Source: Carcharhinus amblyrhynchos | Taxonomy: Eukaryota | NCBI GenBank assembly: GCA_965287045.1 | Contig: OZ336894.1 | Span: 14,942,001-15,006,000, forward strand | Direction: 5' to 3' | DNA length: 64,000 bases | Part shown: one piece after another, positions 24,314 to 35,815 of the stretch | Position numbering within the stretch: the stretch's first letter is position 1 | How the letters are laid out: each line of letters begins with the position of its first letter | Position numbers and translations under genes: made by a program | The notes under the pieces: generated by a model | Database searches by the model: none | Told to the model about the DNA's origin: nothing | What the model saw: only the letters and a program-made list of their open reading frames with translations

Positions 24314-24582
24314 GACATGCTTGGTTGAAGTCATTAAGTTACATTTTAGCTTCGTTTGAAGCAATTTTTAAAAGCGACATCTTGGCCTTTTGGCTAAGAT
24401 GAAAATGAGATCAAGCCTTGGAGGAGGAGCTATGTCAATTCCAATCAACTTAAATCATGTAGATCAAGCCCAAGACAGGAGGTGAGAGCCCTGTCTGGTC
24501 AGCTTGGATCAGGAATGTCTCAACTTGTTGAGACTCTGAATTGGACTTGATTTGATTGAATTGGAATAAAAACAAAAAAAAA
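24275..24582 (+). mobile_element. Candidate U2-snRNA-headed retroposon (SINEU-like) with AATAAA and A-tail
   Basis: Two U2 5' fragments, several hairpins, AATAAA at 24565-24570 and an A-rich tail to 24582. Confidence 0.6.
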
Positions 24583-25044
24583 CTGTTAGTGATTATTATT
24601 CATAATGGTTCAATCTTTTGCATATTTAACATATGGCATTCTATACGTTATAATACCTGACAATAGGGACTGTATTTTTCCACTGAACAATCTCAAAACT
24701 TTGTAAACAAATATGGCTTTGATCAATTGTGTAACTAATTCACCTCACTATCTTGAAGCGAACAGAGTTGACCGAGGGGTACAAACCATTAAGTACTTAT
24801 TGAAGGAAAATGAAACCCTTGACCTAATTCTTCTGAGTTATTGATCATCTTCATTACTGAATGGTTTCTTGCAATTAGAGTTGCTAATGTGTAGGAGATT
24901 ATGACCACTGCTTCTATCTCTGACAAATCAAATGCGACATCAGTATGAATGACCACCAATAGGTAAACCAGTGTGAGGAAGAACAGAAAAAGAACCAGCC
25001 TTGGAACTTTAATCACAGCCATAGAATATCTGAATTAGCAGCTG

Positions 25045-25545
25045 TGAAGCTTGCAGAGAGGGTATGGTCTGAGACAAATGGAGAAAAGGTATACTTATTG
25101 AAAAAATTCCTCAACCAAGATTGTACAGGGGTTGAAACAGGCCAGGGAAGCAAAACTGCAGGCCGTTAATACTGTCTGAAAAGAAAACCAACAGAAACCT
25201 GGGCTTGCTACTCAGATCCTGAAGAAGAGGGAGAACCTAATGGAAGCTTTGCAGCTATGTAGAAGAACTCCCACACCAAGAAGGGAGAGTGTTGAATATC
25301 CTTGACCTCAATAAGATTAGAATGAGATCAGTGAGATTGGCCAAGACAGCTCAGAGACTAAACCTGTGAAGGGACAGGCTTTGGGGAGGAAGATGTAGGA
25401 AAAGGCAATATGATGGGGATAAAAACTTGGGGGATGGGTGGGAGTTGTAGAGTAAATAGTGTGCATGTGTCACATCACATGACTGAGAATTATGATTTTG
25501 AAGAGAGCAGCAGCTTGTACCTCAGGTGGAAGTTGATACATACAA
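25045..25545 (+). mobile_element. Gypsy integrase C-terminus, PPT and probable 3' LTR (from 25394)
   Basis: ERVW..PQPRLY..VETGQG-like, RSVRLAKTAQRLNL* (~TRSGRxVKxPxRL), purine tract GGGGAGGAAGA then TGTAGG. Confidence 0.55.
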
Positions 25546-25554
25546 TATATAAAT

Positions 25555-25662
25555 GATTCTGAAGAAGAATCATACAGACTCAATACAGTAACTCCTGTTT
25601 CTCTGGATACAAATGTTGCCAGACCTGCTGAATTTTTCCAGCATTTTCTGTTTTATTTTTGC
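25555..25662 (+). mobile_element. Penelope-like terminal fragment
   Basis: TTCTGAAGAAGAATCATACAGACTCAA...GCCAGACCTGCTGAATTTTTCCAGCATTTTCTGTTTT. Confidence 0.5.
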
Positions 25663-26304
25663 AAGTAAGTAGTTACGTTTAAAAAGACTGGGTGCAGCAT
25701 ACCTTTGTGAGGCTAGACAATTCTCATCTTCAGTCCTGCTACACAACAAAACACCAGGTAGAAATGCTGATTAGCTATTCTTGTCCTCTACTCCCTTTTC
25801 ATCTTAGAAATAAATGGTTAGTTTACAGTGCAACTGAATACTCCCAGATACCTTTAACATCTTTCTGGGACTGAGGGACACTTGGTCTATTCAGCATAAT
25901 GTCACGAGGCTGCTGCCGTTGTCTCAAAGCATAATACCTTGCACCTTTTTTCTCATTTAAAAATCTAAGCCACCTTTTGATTTGTAACAATCAAAGCCCT
26001 CACTGTCAGGCATAATAGTTAACATGACCCCCTTCATTTATCCTAAATTTAAAGCTACAATCCCTATATACACACCTCATAATTATATATTTATATAGTA
26101 CATAATAATAACATATTATAAACCTCATCATTGTATAATTGGAGCACCTCATCAGTTTTTAAATTGTCATGACTAGCTGATGAATAGATTGATAGGAAAG
26201 AAAGAGATAGCAAGCTGGGGAGGTCCTGGCAACCAGGAAGTGGAAATTATTGAGAGCTTCACGTTTCTACATGGCCAGATTCCCCCACCAACTTTTGATG
26301 TTTT

Positions 26305-26776
26305 GGTTTGATTTATTATTGTTACGCGTATTGGGGTACAGTAAAACATTGTTTTTTGCGCACTGTACACACAAAACACATTGAAACATGAGACCCCACC
26401 ACCACCTCTACTTTACTTTCTCAGGAGGCTAAGGAAATCCCCCCCACCAATTTTTACAGATGCACCGTGGGAAGCATCTTTTCTGGATGTATCATAGCCT
26501 GGTTTGGCTTCTCTGACCAAGACCGCAAGGAACTATTAAGGGTCATGAACGTGGCACAGTCCATCGTGCAAACCAGTCTCCCATCCATTGACTCTGTCTA
26601 CACTTCCTGCTGTCTTGGAAAAGCAACTAGCATAATCGAGGATTCCACACAGCCGGGACGTGCTCCCTTCCACCTTCTTCCATTGAGGGGGGAAAAAATA
26701 CAAAAGTCTGAAAACCTATACCAACTGTCTCAAGAATAGCTTCTTTCCTGCTACCATCAGACTTCTGAATGGACCC
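26305..26776. mobile_element. Rex1/Babar LINE fragment with internal inversion
   Basis: 26393-26776 (+) reads LYFLRRLRK...FYRCTVGSIFSGCIIAWFG; 26305-26392 is the reverse complement of the 3' tail seen at 31710-31806. Confidence 0.75.
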
Positions 26777-26799
26777 ACCAAATATTGAGCTGAGGAGTG

Positions 26800-27502
26800 T
26801 GAGGGGTCAGGAGAAATGACTGGCAGTGCCAAAGGAGGGTGGGGGTGTGTCTGTCTGTCGGGGGAGAAGACTGGGAGTGGGGGTGGGGAGGGTGTCGGGG
26901 ACGAAGACTGGGAGGGCGGGGGGTGGGGAGGATGTCGGGGTCGAAGACTGGGAGGGCGGGTGGGGTGAGGGTGTCGGGGAAGAAGACTGGGAGGGCGGGG
27001 GGGGGGGTGAGGAGGGTGTTGGGGGGAAATCTGGGGGGGGGGCGGCGAGGAGGGTGTTGGGGGGAAGTCTGGGAGGGTGTCGGGAGAGATGACAGGGAAT
27101 GCAGAGGATTGAGAAAGTTCAAGTATTGGTGGTGGGTTAATGTGAAGGCCTGACTGCCAATCAGGAGGGAGGGTGGATTGGAAGGTCACTGGTAGGTGAT
27201 GTTGGTGGAGGTGGAAAGATGTCAGACGGGGGAGGGGGCTGTGTGTCAGGAGAAGGCTGGGAGGAAGGGGGGGTAGGGTGTCAGGAGAAGGCTGGGAGGA
27301 CGGGGGGGGTAGGGTGTCGGGGAGAAGCCTGCTGGAAGGGCAGGGGGGAGGGTGTCAAGGGAGAGATGACAGAGTGCAAAGGATCGAGAAAGATTAGGTG
27401 TTGGTGATGGGTTAGTGTGAAAACGGTCTGACTGGCAATCAGGAGGAAGGGTGGATTGGAAGGTCACTGGTAGGTGATGTTAGCGGAGATGGAAAGATGT
27501 CA
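26800..27502. repeat. G-rich minisatellite (~32-bp unit GAAGACTGGGAGGGCGGGGGGTGGGGAGGGTGTCGGG) within a larger ~280-bp tandem duplication
   Basis: Unit visibly repeated at 26866-27080 and 27245-27358; block 27081-27223 recurs at 27359-27502. Confidence 0.85.
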
Positions 27503-28533
27503 ATCTGTCAATCCGTAAGGAAGGGACTGGAAGAGGTTGCAGCAGAAGGTATAATTAAGCACTCCTCCTCTCCCTGACTCAAACATAGTATTTTAGAAAG
27601 TATTTAACCTGTTGGAAACAGCTGTTCTTGCATCCCTTTAGCTGCTGGGTTTAAATTCATTTCACCCATCATTAAGGGGCTGCCAAATTATCACAATTTT
27701 ACAGATAAAGTCGACCATCTTGCCGGAGTGCATCTTGCCAAACTATTGGTGCTATTTCGCGATGGGCTGTAGTCGTCTTTCTAGAATTTGTGTTTGCCTG
27801 CCCCTCCCTCCCCATCCATGGTGGAGGTAAGAAAGTTCCCCCTTATGCTCCTTGCTACCAATTTGCCAAACAGTGGAAGACAATTATTAAGTATCTGATT
27901 TCTGAAAACCTTTCACAACTTTGAAATCTTGTTTCAGGTACTCCTTTATCTTCTCATTCCAATTTTTAATAAAAAATTATTTCCACATAACTTTTGCGGC
28001 ACCCTTTCATGGTTCTTTTTATTCCTGCTATAATGGATTGCGCAGAAATATTTGAAATGTCCACCTGATATTTTCTTGTTTTCAGTTAATGTTTTCAGTG
28101 CATGTTTCTTACATTAATGAGTTCAAAATGTGTTTTCTTTTTTAAACTATACTTGGAATTCCCCTGAAGCTGTTATCAAAGGGTCAAGCAATATACAACA
28201 TAATGTGCCCATACTAATGTTCTTTTTTTAATATCCCAATGTTAAAATTATTCCATTTAATAATGTGAAATACCAGTTTGTGTTGCTAAAGAAGTATGGT
28301 CAATGATGTATTTAGTTAAACTACTGGAAATCTGAAATAGAAAAACTAAATGCTGGAAATACTCAGGCGGTCAGACAGCACCTGTAGGAAGAGAGATATA
28401 TATTTATGTAAATCCCACTTAAAAGTTTATATATTGATTACTTTTGCATGCACTAAATTTGGAGGCGTTTGAAGTTGGAGTGACCCGACCATGCAACAAA
28501 ATTCAAATGTTGGAGCAATAATGTTCTTCTGTC

Positions 28534-29345
28534 TGTTCAGATCCAGGCCAGAAACTGGCATGGGTGAGCAGAAGGTGTTTCACACTAGCAAGTGACCCAC
28601 TAGCAAACTTTTAACAAATAACGTTTATTTAAGAATAGTTAGAATAGAACAAAAAGAATTAGCATAACTTTTACCAATTATAAGGCTTACGCATGACACA
28701 GTATATTTCTTAACAGTTAGCTACCTCTGTTAGTCCAATTTGAAGCGATATCCCATAGACATACACCCTTCTTCAAAATTAGCACAAGAACAAGTATGCA
28801 TATGATGCTGGATTTTCAGCTTTTTAATAGTTCTGGTCAGATGCCTGGATATATCTTCAAAACAGCAAAACCTCAAAGTGGCAAATCAAGCCTCTGGCAG
28901 TTCCCAGTCACCAGACAGCAGAGACAGAAAAGGATACCTCTCCCTCTGCAGCTTCTAAAGCAACAATTCTGTTACAGCAGAATCTCCAAAAAAGAGATTT
29001 GTTTTCTGGCAGATTCTGGTCTTCCCCTCTCAACTCAAAAGCAGCATCTAAGCTTGAGTATCCTGTGAAAAACCTCAGCTTCCCTGTCACATGACCATGC
29101 CTGCCAATGATCCCAGTGAAGCCCCACTCTGCAAAATCTCAGGGGAAAACAGCAGAACAGCATAAATTCAGATTGAAATCAACATTTTGGCCATTAAAAT
29201 CAATTAAACTGCTGCAACATCAGTGCAGCATACTGGTACTGGTATGCTGCACTGATATGGCTCAGTATTTAAGAAGAACTGTTACAACAGATCCCACACA
29301 AGAACATGGCTCAAAAACGTTTCTTAAAGGCAAAGCATTGTCACA
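28534..29345 (-). mobile_element. Solo LTR related to the Gypsy LTR at 60807
   Basis: Minus strand starts TGTGACAATGCTTTGCCTTTAAGAA and ends CTAGTGGGTCA...AGTTTCTGGCCTGGATCTGAACA (TG...CA); shares these motifs with 60807-61576. Confidence 0.65.
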
Positions 29346-30980
29346 TACTTATCTTCAGTAGACTACTACAGAAGTAAACAATGGGAATGTTGACGGAGAA
29401 TAATAAAGTGATGATACTTATGAGCGGCATAAAACTGTTTTCTGCTGAGTACATTTTGCAGCAGAAAATAAGTTATTTTCATCGCGATATATTACTGATT
29501 CTATTCAAATTCAATAGCTGTCTTGTCTTAAAAAGGTCAAGTAAAGTACATGTCATCTGGAAAAGTTACTAGCATTTTTCTCAACTGGCTAATAAGAGGA
29601 CAGCCATCAAACCTTTGTTATTTTATTTCACCAAAATAATTCCACAGGAAATAGATGTTAGAAAATTAATGCAATTTGTGCAGCAACTTTGAAAGGGAAA
29701 ATCAAATAATTACATCAGATCAAACTGATATATATTCAGTAAGCATGGAGATGCATACTTTTGGTTTTAATAAACATTAGAGAGCAGAAGTAGTATTTTT
29801 GCCCGAATATCAGTATCCCTGTAAGGTTAACTGAAGTTTAATGACGTGATTTTATGCCAGGATTGTGCTGGCCCAAACAAGAATATGCACCCCTTACAAA
29901 ATCATAGAGTTCTGAAATACTAGCCTGGGCTTTTTAAACTTGGGACTTTCCAATAAATCTGGGATGGATAGAGGTGCAAGCTATTAGTGATGCTATGTCT
30001 CCCACATCCTTGCATCCCTTCTCCCATTAACCAGCGTTGAATATGAATAGAAATTTGGGAATAATGTTCCGTACTGTTTCCTGCCATTTTCATTGAAACA
30101 CTGGGCAAAAAGGCTGCATGTTTGGCCTGGACATCTGCACGGTAAAACATTTTTTTTTGTAGGAACCAGAGCCCATGCAAACACCAATAGAACAAGGTAT
30201 TGTACAGGCAAAGAGGGCAAGACAATTTCTTTTTTAAACCCACTTTCCTGATTGCCTGGATTTCTATACCACAGCAGGCCTCTGGTGCCTTCACATCAGC
30301 ACTGCCGATGTATCAGTAGAGCTGGCAGAACTGATATTAGCATTCAAATTTTAGCCAAGGGAGCTGACAAGTGGAAATCCTAACCCACTTCTCTCACTGC
30401 TTGAAATGTGTCCCAATCATTGAGGAATTTGTAGAGATTAGGGGGAAAGCTTAGTGTGTAAAGTAGTTGTGGCGTGTACATTTCTACTACAAAATAGAAC
30501 CATAAAATCTACAGTTTTAAAAAAGATGTGTTGTTTGAAACAAGATATTTTTTGCCTTTCTACCTTTGAGCTGATGAATGAAGTCAAAGCAACTGGGTTG
30601 TAAAAGTAAGAATTATTTTTGGGCAATATTGTTAATTTACCTGAAATACCAACCAGTTAAAAGTTAAGGGGAAAAATGGATTTATTGCGCTTGGAACATA
30701 TGCTTATTTTTCATACTGTGTGATAGTTATTGCTTTCCTTGCAATTTGCTGACTGGTTTCTCTAATTCAGTTATTGACTGGTTTTACATTTAAAAAAAAA
30801 TTGTGGGATGTGGGCATTGCTGGCTAGGTCAGCATTCATTGTGAGAAGATGGAGGTGAGCTGTGTTCTTGAACCATGGTAGTCCATGCAGTGTAGATGTA
30901 CTCAGTGTTGTTAGAGGGAGATTAAGAATTGTGACCCAGTGACAATGAAGGAATGGCAGTAAGGTTTCCTCGTTGCGACG

Positions 30981-31806
30981 CACCACCATTGTGAGTTAGA
31001 TCTCGAACAATGACGAGACAGATTACAGGAATGAGAGAAGCTGGTGAACTGGTACAGCAACAATAATCTCTCCCTCAATGTCAACAAAATGAAGGAGATT
31101 GTGATTGACTTCAGGAAGCTTAATGGAGAACATGCCCCTATCTAGATCAATGGAGACGAAGTAAAAAAGGGTCAAGAGCTTCAAGTTTTTAGATGCCCAG
31201 ATCATCAACAACCTGTCCTGGTCCCCCCCATGCCGACACAATAGTCAGAAAGCCCACCAATGCCTCTAGTTTCTCAGAAGACTAAAGAAATTTGGCATGT
31301 CAGCTACGACTCTCACCAACTTTTATGTATGTACCATAGAAAGCGTTCTTTCTGGTTGTATCGCAATTTGGTATGGCTCCTGCTCTGACCAAGACTGCAA
31401 AGAACTACAAAAGATCATGAATGTAGCCCAATTTTTTATCCAAACCAGCTTCCCATCCATTAACTCTGTCTACATTTCCCACTGCCTTGGCAAAACAGCC
31501 AGCATTATTAAGGACCCCACGCATCCTGGACATTCTCTTCCCCCTTCTTCCATCGGGAAAAAGATAGAAAAGTCTGAGGCCATGTACCAACCGACTCAAA
31601 AACAGCTTCTTCCCTGGTGCTGTCAGACTTTTGAATGGACTTACCTTGCATTAAGTTGATGTTTGTCTACACCTTAGCTGACTGTAACACTACATTCTGC
31701 ATTCTCTCGTGTCCTCCTTTATGAATGGTATGCTATCTCTGTATAGCGCGCAAGAAACAATATTTTTCACTATGTTAATATGTGTGACAATAATAAATCA
31801 AATCCA
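30981..31806 (+). mobile_element. Rex1/Babar LINE, 5'-truncated
   Basis: ISNNDETDYRNE..NNNLSLNVNKMKEIVIDFRK, FKFL, TLTNFYVCTIESVLSGCIAIWYG, IIKDPTHPGH; tail GACAATAATAAATCAAATC. Confidence 0.88.
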
Positions 31807-32411
31807 GATAGTAGTCTTGGATTTAAAAGGAGCTGTAGATGTAGTCTTGGTGAGTTCCAGCAGTGCTTCTTGTAAATGGTACACAGTGCTGCCACTGTGG
31901 AGGGAGTGACTGTTTGTTTGTGGGTGGAGTACCAGTCAAGCAGACTGCTTTGTCCTGGATGGTTCTTGGGTGTTGGAGCTGCACCATTCAGGCAAATGAG
32001 AGAGTATTCAGTCACCTTCCAGACTTGTGCCCTGTAGATGGTGGCCAGGATCAGGAGGTGAGTTATTCAATGCCAGGATTCCTAGCCTCTGATCTGTTCT
32101 TATAGCCACAGTATTTATATGGTTAGTTCAGTTTCTGATTAATGGTGACCCTGAGAATGTTGATAGTGGGGGATTCAGCAAAGATAATATCACTGAATGT
32201 TGAGGTGTGATAGTAGGTTGTCTCTTGTTGGAGGTGGTCATTGTCTTGGATCTGTATGGCATGAATGTACTTGGCACTTGTCAGCCCAAGCCTGGCTATT
32301 ATCCAGGTCTTACTCCGCATGGACATGGACGTGGACTGGTTCAGTACCTGAGGAGTCATGAATGGTGCTGTACATCGTGCAGTCATCAACGAACATTCCC
32401 ACTTCTAACCT

Positions 32412-32833
32412 CATAAGAACATAAGAACTAGGAGCAGGAGTAGGCCATCTAGCCCTTCGAGCCTGCCCCGCCATTCAATAAGATCATGGCTGATCTGTCG
32501 TGGCTCAGTTCCACATTCCCGCCCTCTCCCCATAACCCTTAATCCCCTCGCTTACCAAACACCCATTAACCCGCGTCTTAAAAATATTTAGTGAGGCAAC
32601 CTCCACCACTTCAATGGGCAGAGAATTCCAGAGATTCACCACCCTTTGAGTGAAGAAGTTCCTCCTCAAGTCCGTTCTAAACCGCTCCCCCTTTATCTTG
32701 AGGCTGTGCCCCCTAGTCCTACTGTCCTTTCTGAGCGGGAAGAGTCTCTCCACCTCTATCCTATCCATCCCATTCATCATCTTATATGTCTCAATGAGAT
32801 CTCCCCTCGTTCTTCTAAACTCTAACGAGTACA
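32412..32833 (-). mobile_element. Young CR1 3' end, same subfamily as 17816-20272
   Basis: Near-identical to 17816-18245; splits the host LINE at CCCACTTCTAACCT|ATGATAGAAGGAAG (compare the uninterrupted host at 10811-10835). Confidence 0.95.
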
Positions 32834-33213
32834 ATGATAGAAGGAAGATCACGATGAACCAGCTGAAGATGTTTGGGCTTAGGACACCATCCTGATGAAT
32901 TCCTGTAGCAATGCCCTGGAACTGAGATGATTTACCTCCATCAACCATAACCATCTTTCTTTGTACTAAGTATGACTCCAACCAGTAGAGAGTTTGGCTC
33001 CGATTCCCATTGACTTTTGCTAGGGCTCCCAAATTTGGTCATGTACTGTCTTGATGTCAAAGGTATTTACTTTCTCCTCATTTCTGCTATTTAGCCTCTC
33101 TGCTGTGTTTGGACCAAGGCTGTACTGAGGTTAGGAACTGAATGGCCCTGCCAAATCCAAATTATGCACCAGCAGGTAATTGCTAATGAAGTGTTAATTG
33201 TTGCACTGTTGAT

Positions 33214-33512
33214 AGTGGCACAGTGGTTAGCATTGCTACCTCTCAATGCCAGTGGCCAAATTTGATTCCCGGCTTGGGTTATCATCTGTGTGGAATCTGC
33301 ACGTTCTCCCTGTGTCTGTGTGGGTTTCCTCTGGGTGCTCCGGTTTCCTCCCACAGTCTGAAAGATGTGCTGGTTAGATGCATTGTCCATACTAAAATCT
33401 CCCTCACTGTACCCTATCGGGCACCAGAGTGTGGTGACTAGGGGATTTTCACAGTAACTTCATTGCATTGTTAATGTAAGCCCACTTGTGACACTAGTAA
33501 ACTAAACTAAAC
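33214..33512 (+). mobile_element. HE1-like V-SINE with alternative (non-CR1) tail
   Basis: GTGGCACAGTGGTTAGCATTGC head and V-domain, then GACTAGGGGATTTTCACAGTAACTTCATTGC..GTAAGCCCACTTGTGACAC(TAAAC)n. Confidence 0.85.
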
Positions 33513-34113
33513 TTTCCATCACTTGCTGACGATTGAGAGTAGACTGAAGGAGTGGTAATTGGCTAGGTTGGATGTGTCCTACTTTTTGTGACAGGGCATG
33601 CCTGGGCAATTTCCCATGTGGACTGCAACTGTTCAAGAAGGCAGCTCACCACCACCAACATTTGAAAGTTGATTAGGGATGCGCAATTAAATGTTGGCCT
33701 GATCAATGAGACCCACATCCTGTGGAAAAAACAATTGCTGGTTAAGTACCACTGTTGTAGCTGTACTGGAACAATTTTGCTAGGGGGCATGGCAAGTTCT
33801 GAAGCACAAGCCTTATTGTAGGTACTATTGCTGGAATATTGTCAGGGCTTATTGTCTTGACACCAAGGGTACTGAACCCTATGATTTGAGGAAATACTAA
33901 GAATTGGAATTCTTGAAAATGGATATTCACCAATGCCATATGGATTGTTCCTTAGGATGTTAAAGGTGGTCAGGGAGCAAATGACAGATGCTCTGAGGAT
34001 TATTTTCCAATCTTCATGAGACACAGATGAGGTGCTGGACGACTGGAGGAATGCATATGTTGTTTTGTTGTTTGTAAAAAAAAGTATGATGGAAATGTCA
34101 AATAATTATAGGC

Positions 34114-34749
34114 GAATGGAACGCGCTACCGAGTAGGGTGGTGGAGGCAGGAACGTTGGACTCGTTTAAGGTTTACTTAGATAGACACATGAGCGAAATG
34201 AGGATGGAGGGTTATAGTAGGGGGTATTAAATAGGGTCAGAGCCTCAGGAGACACCGGAAATGCAGACTTGTATGTTAACATTTTTGTCTTTTTATTCCG
34301 CAGGTGGAGGTCCACCTTGTTGTCAAATGAGGGGCATGCACACGGTGGGTCGTGTGTGGGCTGCTGTTGGAGGTTCCGGGAGTGGCCTAGTACTTCGTGT
34401 CAGTGTGTGTGCTTGATCCTGGACTGGTAGACGGGTGCTGCAACAGCTCAGTGACTAGCACTGCTAGCTGTGCAGATACATGGATTTGGGCCTGTGTCTG
34501 TGGGAGTTTGCGCATTCTCCCTGTGGTTGCGTCGGTTTCCTCCGGGCGCTCCGGTTTCCTCCCACACCCCAAAGATGTGCTCTTAGGCTGATTGGTTTAC
34601 CAAATTGACACTGTTCTCCCCTGAATCTGGCTAAGTTAGGGGTTCCACTCGTAGACACGCAGGGTAGAATAGGTGTAGGAGGATGCGGTGGCGCGGGCTC
34701 GTTGGGCCGAAGGGCCTGTTTCCCGTGCTGGGTTGTTCTTTGTTCTTTG
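34114..34749 (+). mobile_element. Young CR1 3' end with long 3' UTR containing a V-SINE body
   Basis: WNALPSRVVEAGTLDSFKVYLDRHMSEMRMEGYSRGY* (34117-34230), V-domain at 34495-34580, CR1 tail GGGCCGAAGGGCCTG..(TTCTTTG)2; interrupts the host at TATAGGC|AGTTAGCC. Confidence 0.8.
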
Positions 34750-35439
34750 AGTTAGCCTTACTTCGGTGGTGGAAAATTGGTAGAATCAATCCTGAGACAT
34801 ACTCATCAATCCTGAGATAAACTGTCATTTAGGCATGGCTAATTGTTAAGGAAAAGTCATGCCGTACAAACTTCATTGAATTCTTTGAGGAAGTGATAAG
34901 GAGGATCGATGAGGGTAAAGCAGTAGATGTGTAAACATAGATTTTAGTAGTGTATTTGAAAAGGTCCCGCATGGTCAAAAAAGTAAAAGCCCATGGGATA
35001 CAGGCTAATGTGGTGGATTGGACCTAAAGTTGGCTTAGTAACAGGAAACAAGGGATAATGGTCAATGGCTGCCCTAGCAAATGGAAAGCTGTTTCAAGTA
35101 GTGTTCTGCAAGGTTCATGAATTCAGACCCTTATTTGTTTCATATATTAATGATTTGGACTTGAAAATGGGAGCATGATTGGGAAATTTGCAGATGACAC
35201 AAAAATCGGCCATTCAGTGGATAATGTGGAGGATAGCTGTAAGCTGAAAAATGCTACAGATGTACTGGTGGAGTTGCAGGGAAGTGGCCGATGGAGTTTC
35301 AGTCTTAAGTATGAGATGATGCATTTAAGGAAGTCAAACAGCAAAAGGGAATACATGATAAACAGGAATATACTAAGGGGGTAGATGAAGTGAGAGTGCT
35401 TGGCATGCAAATACACAGTCACTAAAGGTAGCAATACAG

Positions 35440-35645
35440 AAATCATAAGAATCCCTACAATGCAGGAGGAGTCCATTTGCCTCATTCAGTTTGCACCAAT
35501 CCTCTGACAGAGTATCTTACCCAGGCCATCTCCCCTGCCGTACACCCGTAACCTCATACATAACCTAATCCAACTAACCTACACATCTTGGGGCGCTAAG
35601 GGCCATTTACCATTGCCATCCACCTAACCTGCATATCTTTGGACA
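35440..35645 (-). mobile_element. HE1 3' fragment
   Basis: AGAATCCCTACAATGCAGGAGG...CCACCTAACCTGCATATCTTTGGAC. Confidence 0.75.
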
Positions 35646-35815
35646 GGTTGATAAAGTTGTAAGGAAGGCATATGGAATGCTCTCCTTCCTTGGCAGAGGT
35701 ATAGAATACAAATTGGATAAATGATGAAATTGAAGATACTGATGAGGCCATAACTGGGATATTGTCTACAGTTCTGGTCACCACATTACAGGAAGAATGT
35801 AATTGCTCTGGAGAG

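Larger units (their letters stand above)
23625..24790 (+). mobile_element. Possible solo LTR hosting the U2-headed element
   Basis: Starts TGTCATGA, non-coding, ends near GGGGTACAAACCA; the assignment is an inference from general architecture only. Confidence 0.3.
30790..33860 (-). mobile_element. CR1-group LINE family B, interrupted by Rex1/Babar, CR1 and HE1 insertions
   Basis: WLESYLVQRKMVMV, GMFVDDC, SPTINIL.VTINQKLN and EYSLIC; 3' tail at 30800-30840. Confidence 0.8.

Noticed and set aside
26716-27467. Pro-rich and Gly-rich ORFs
   Set aside because: Translations of a G-rich minisatellite.
32505-33032. 175-aa ORF
   Set aside because: Accidental read-through from the family-B LINE into the nested CR1 3' end.
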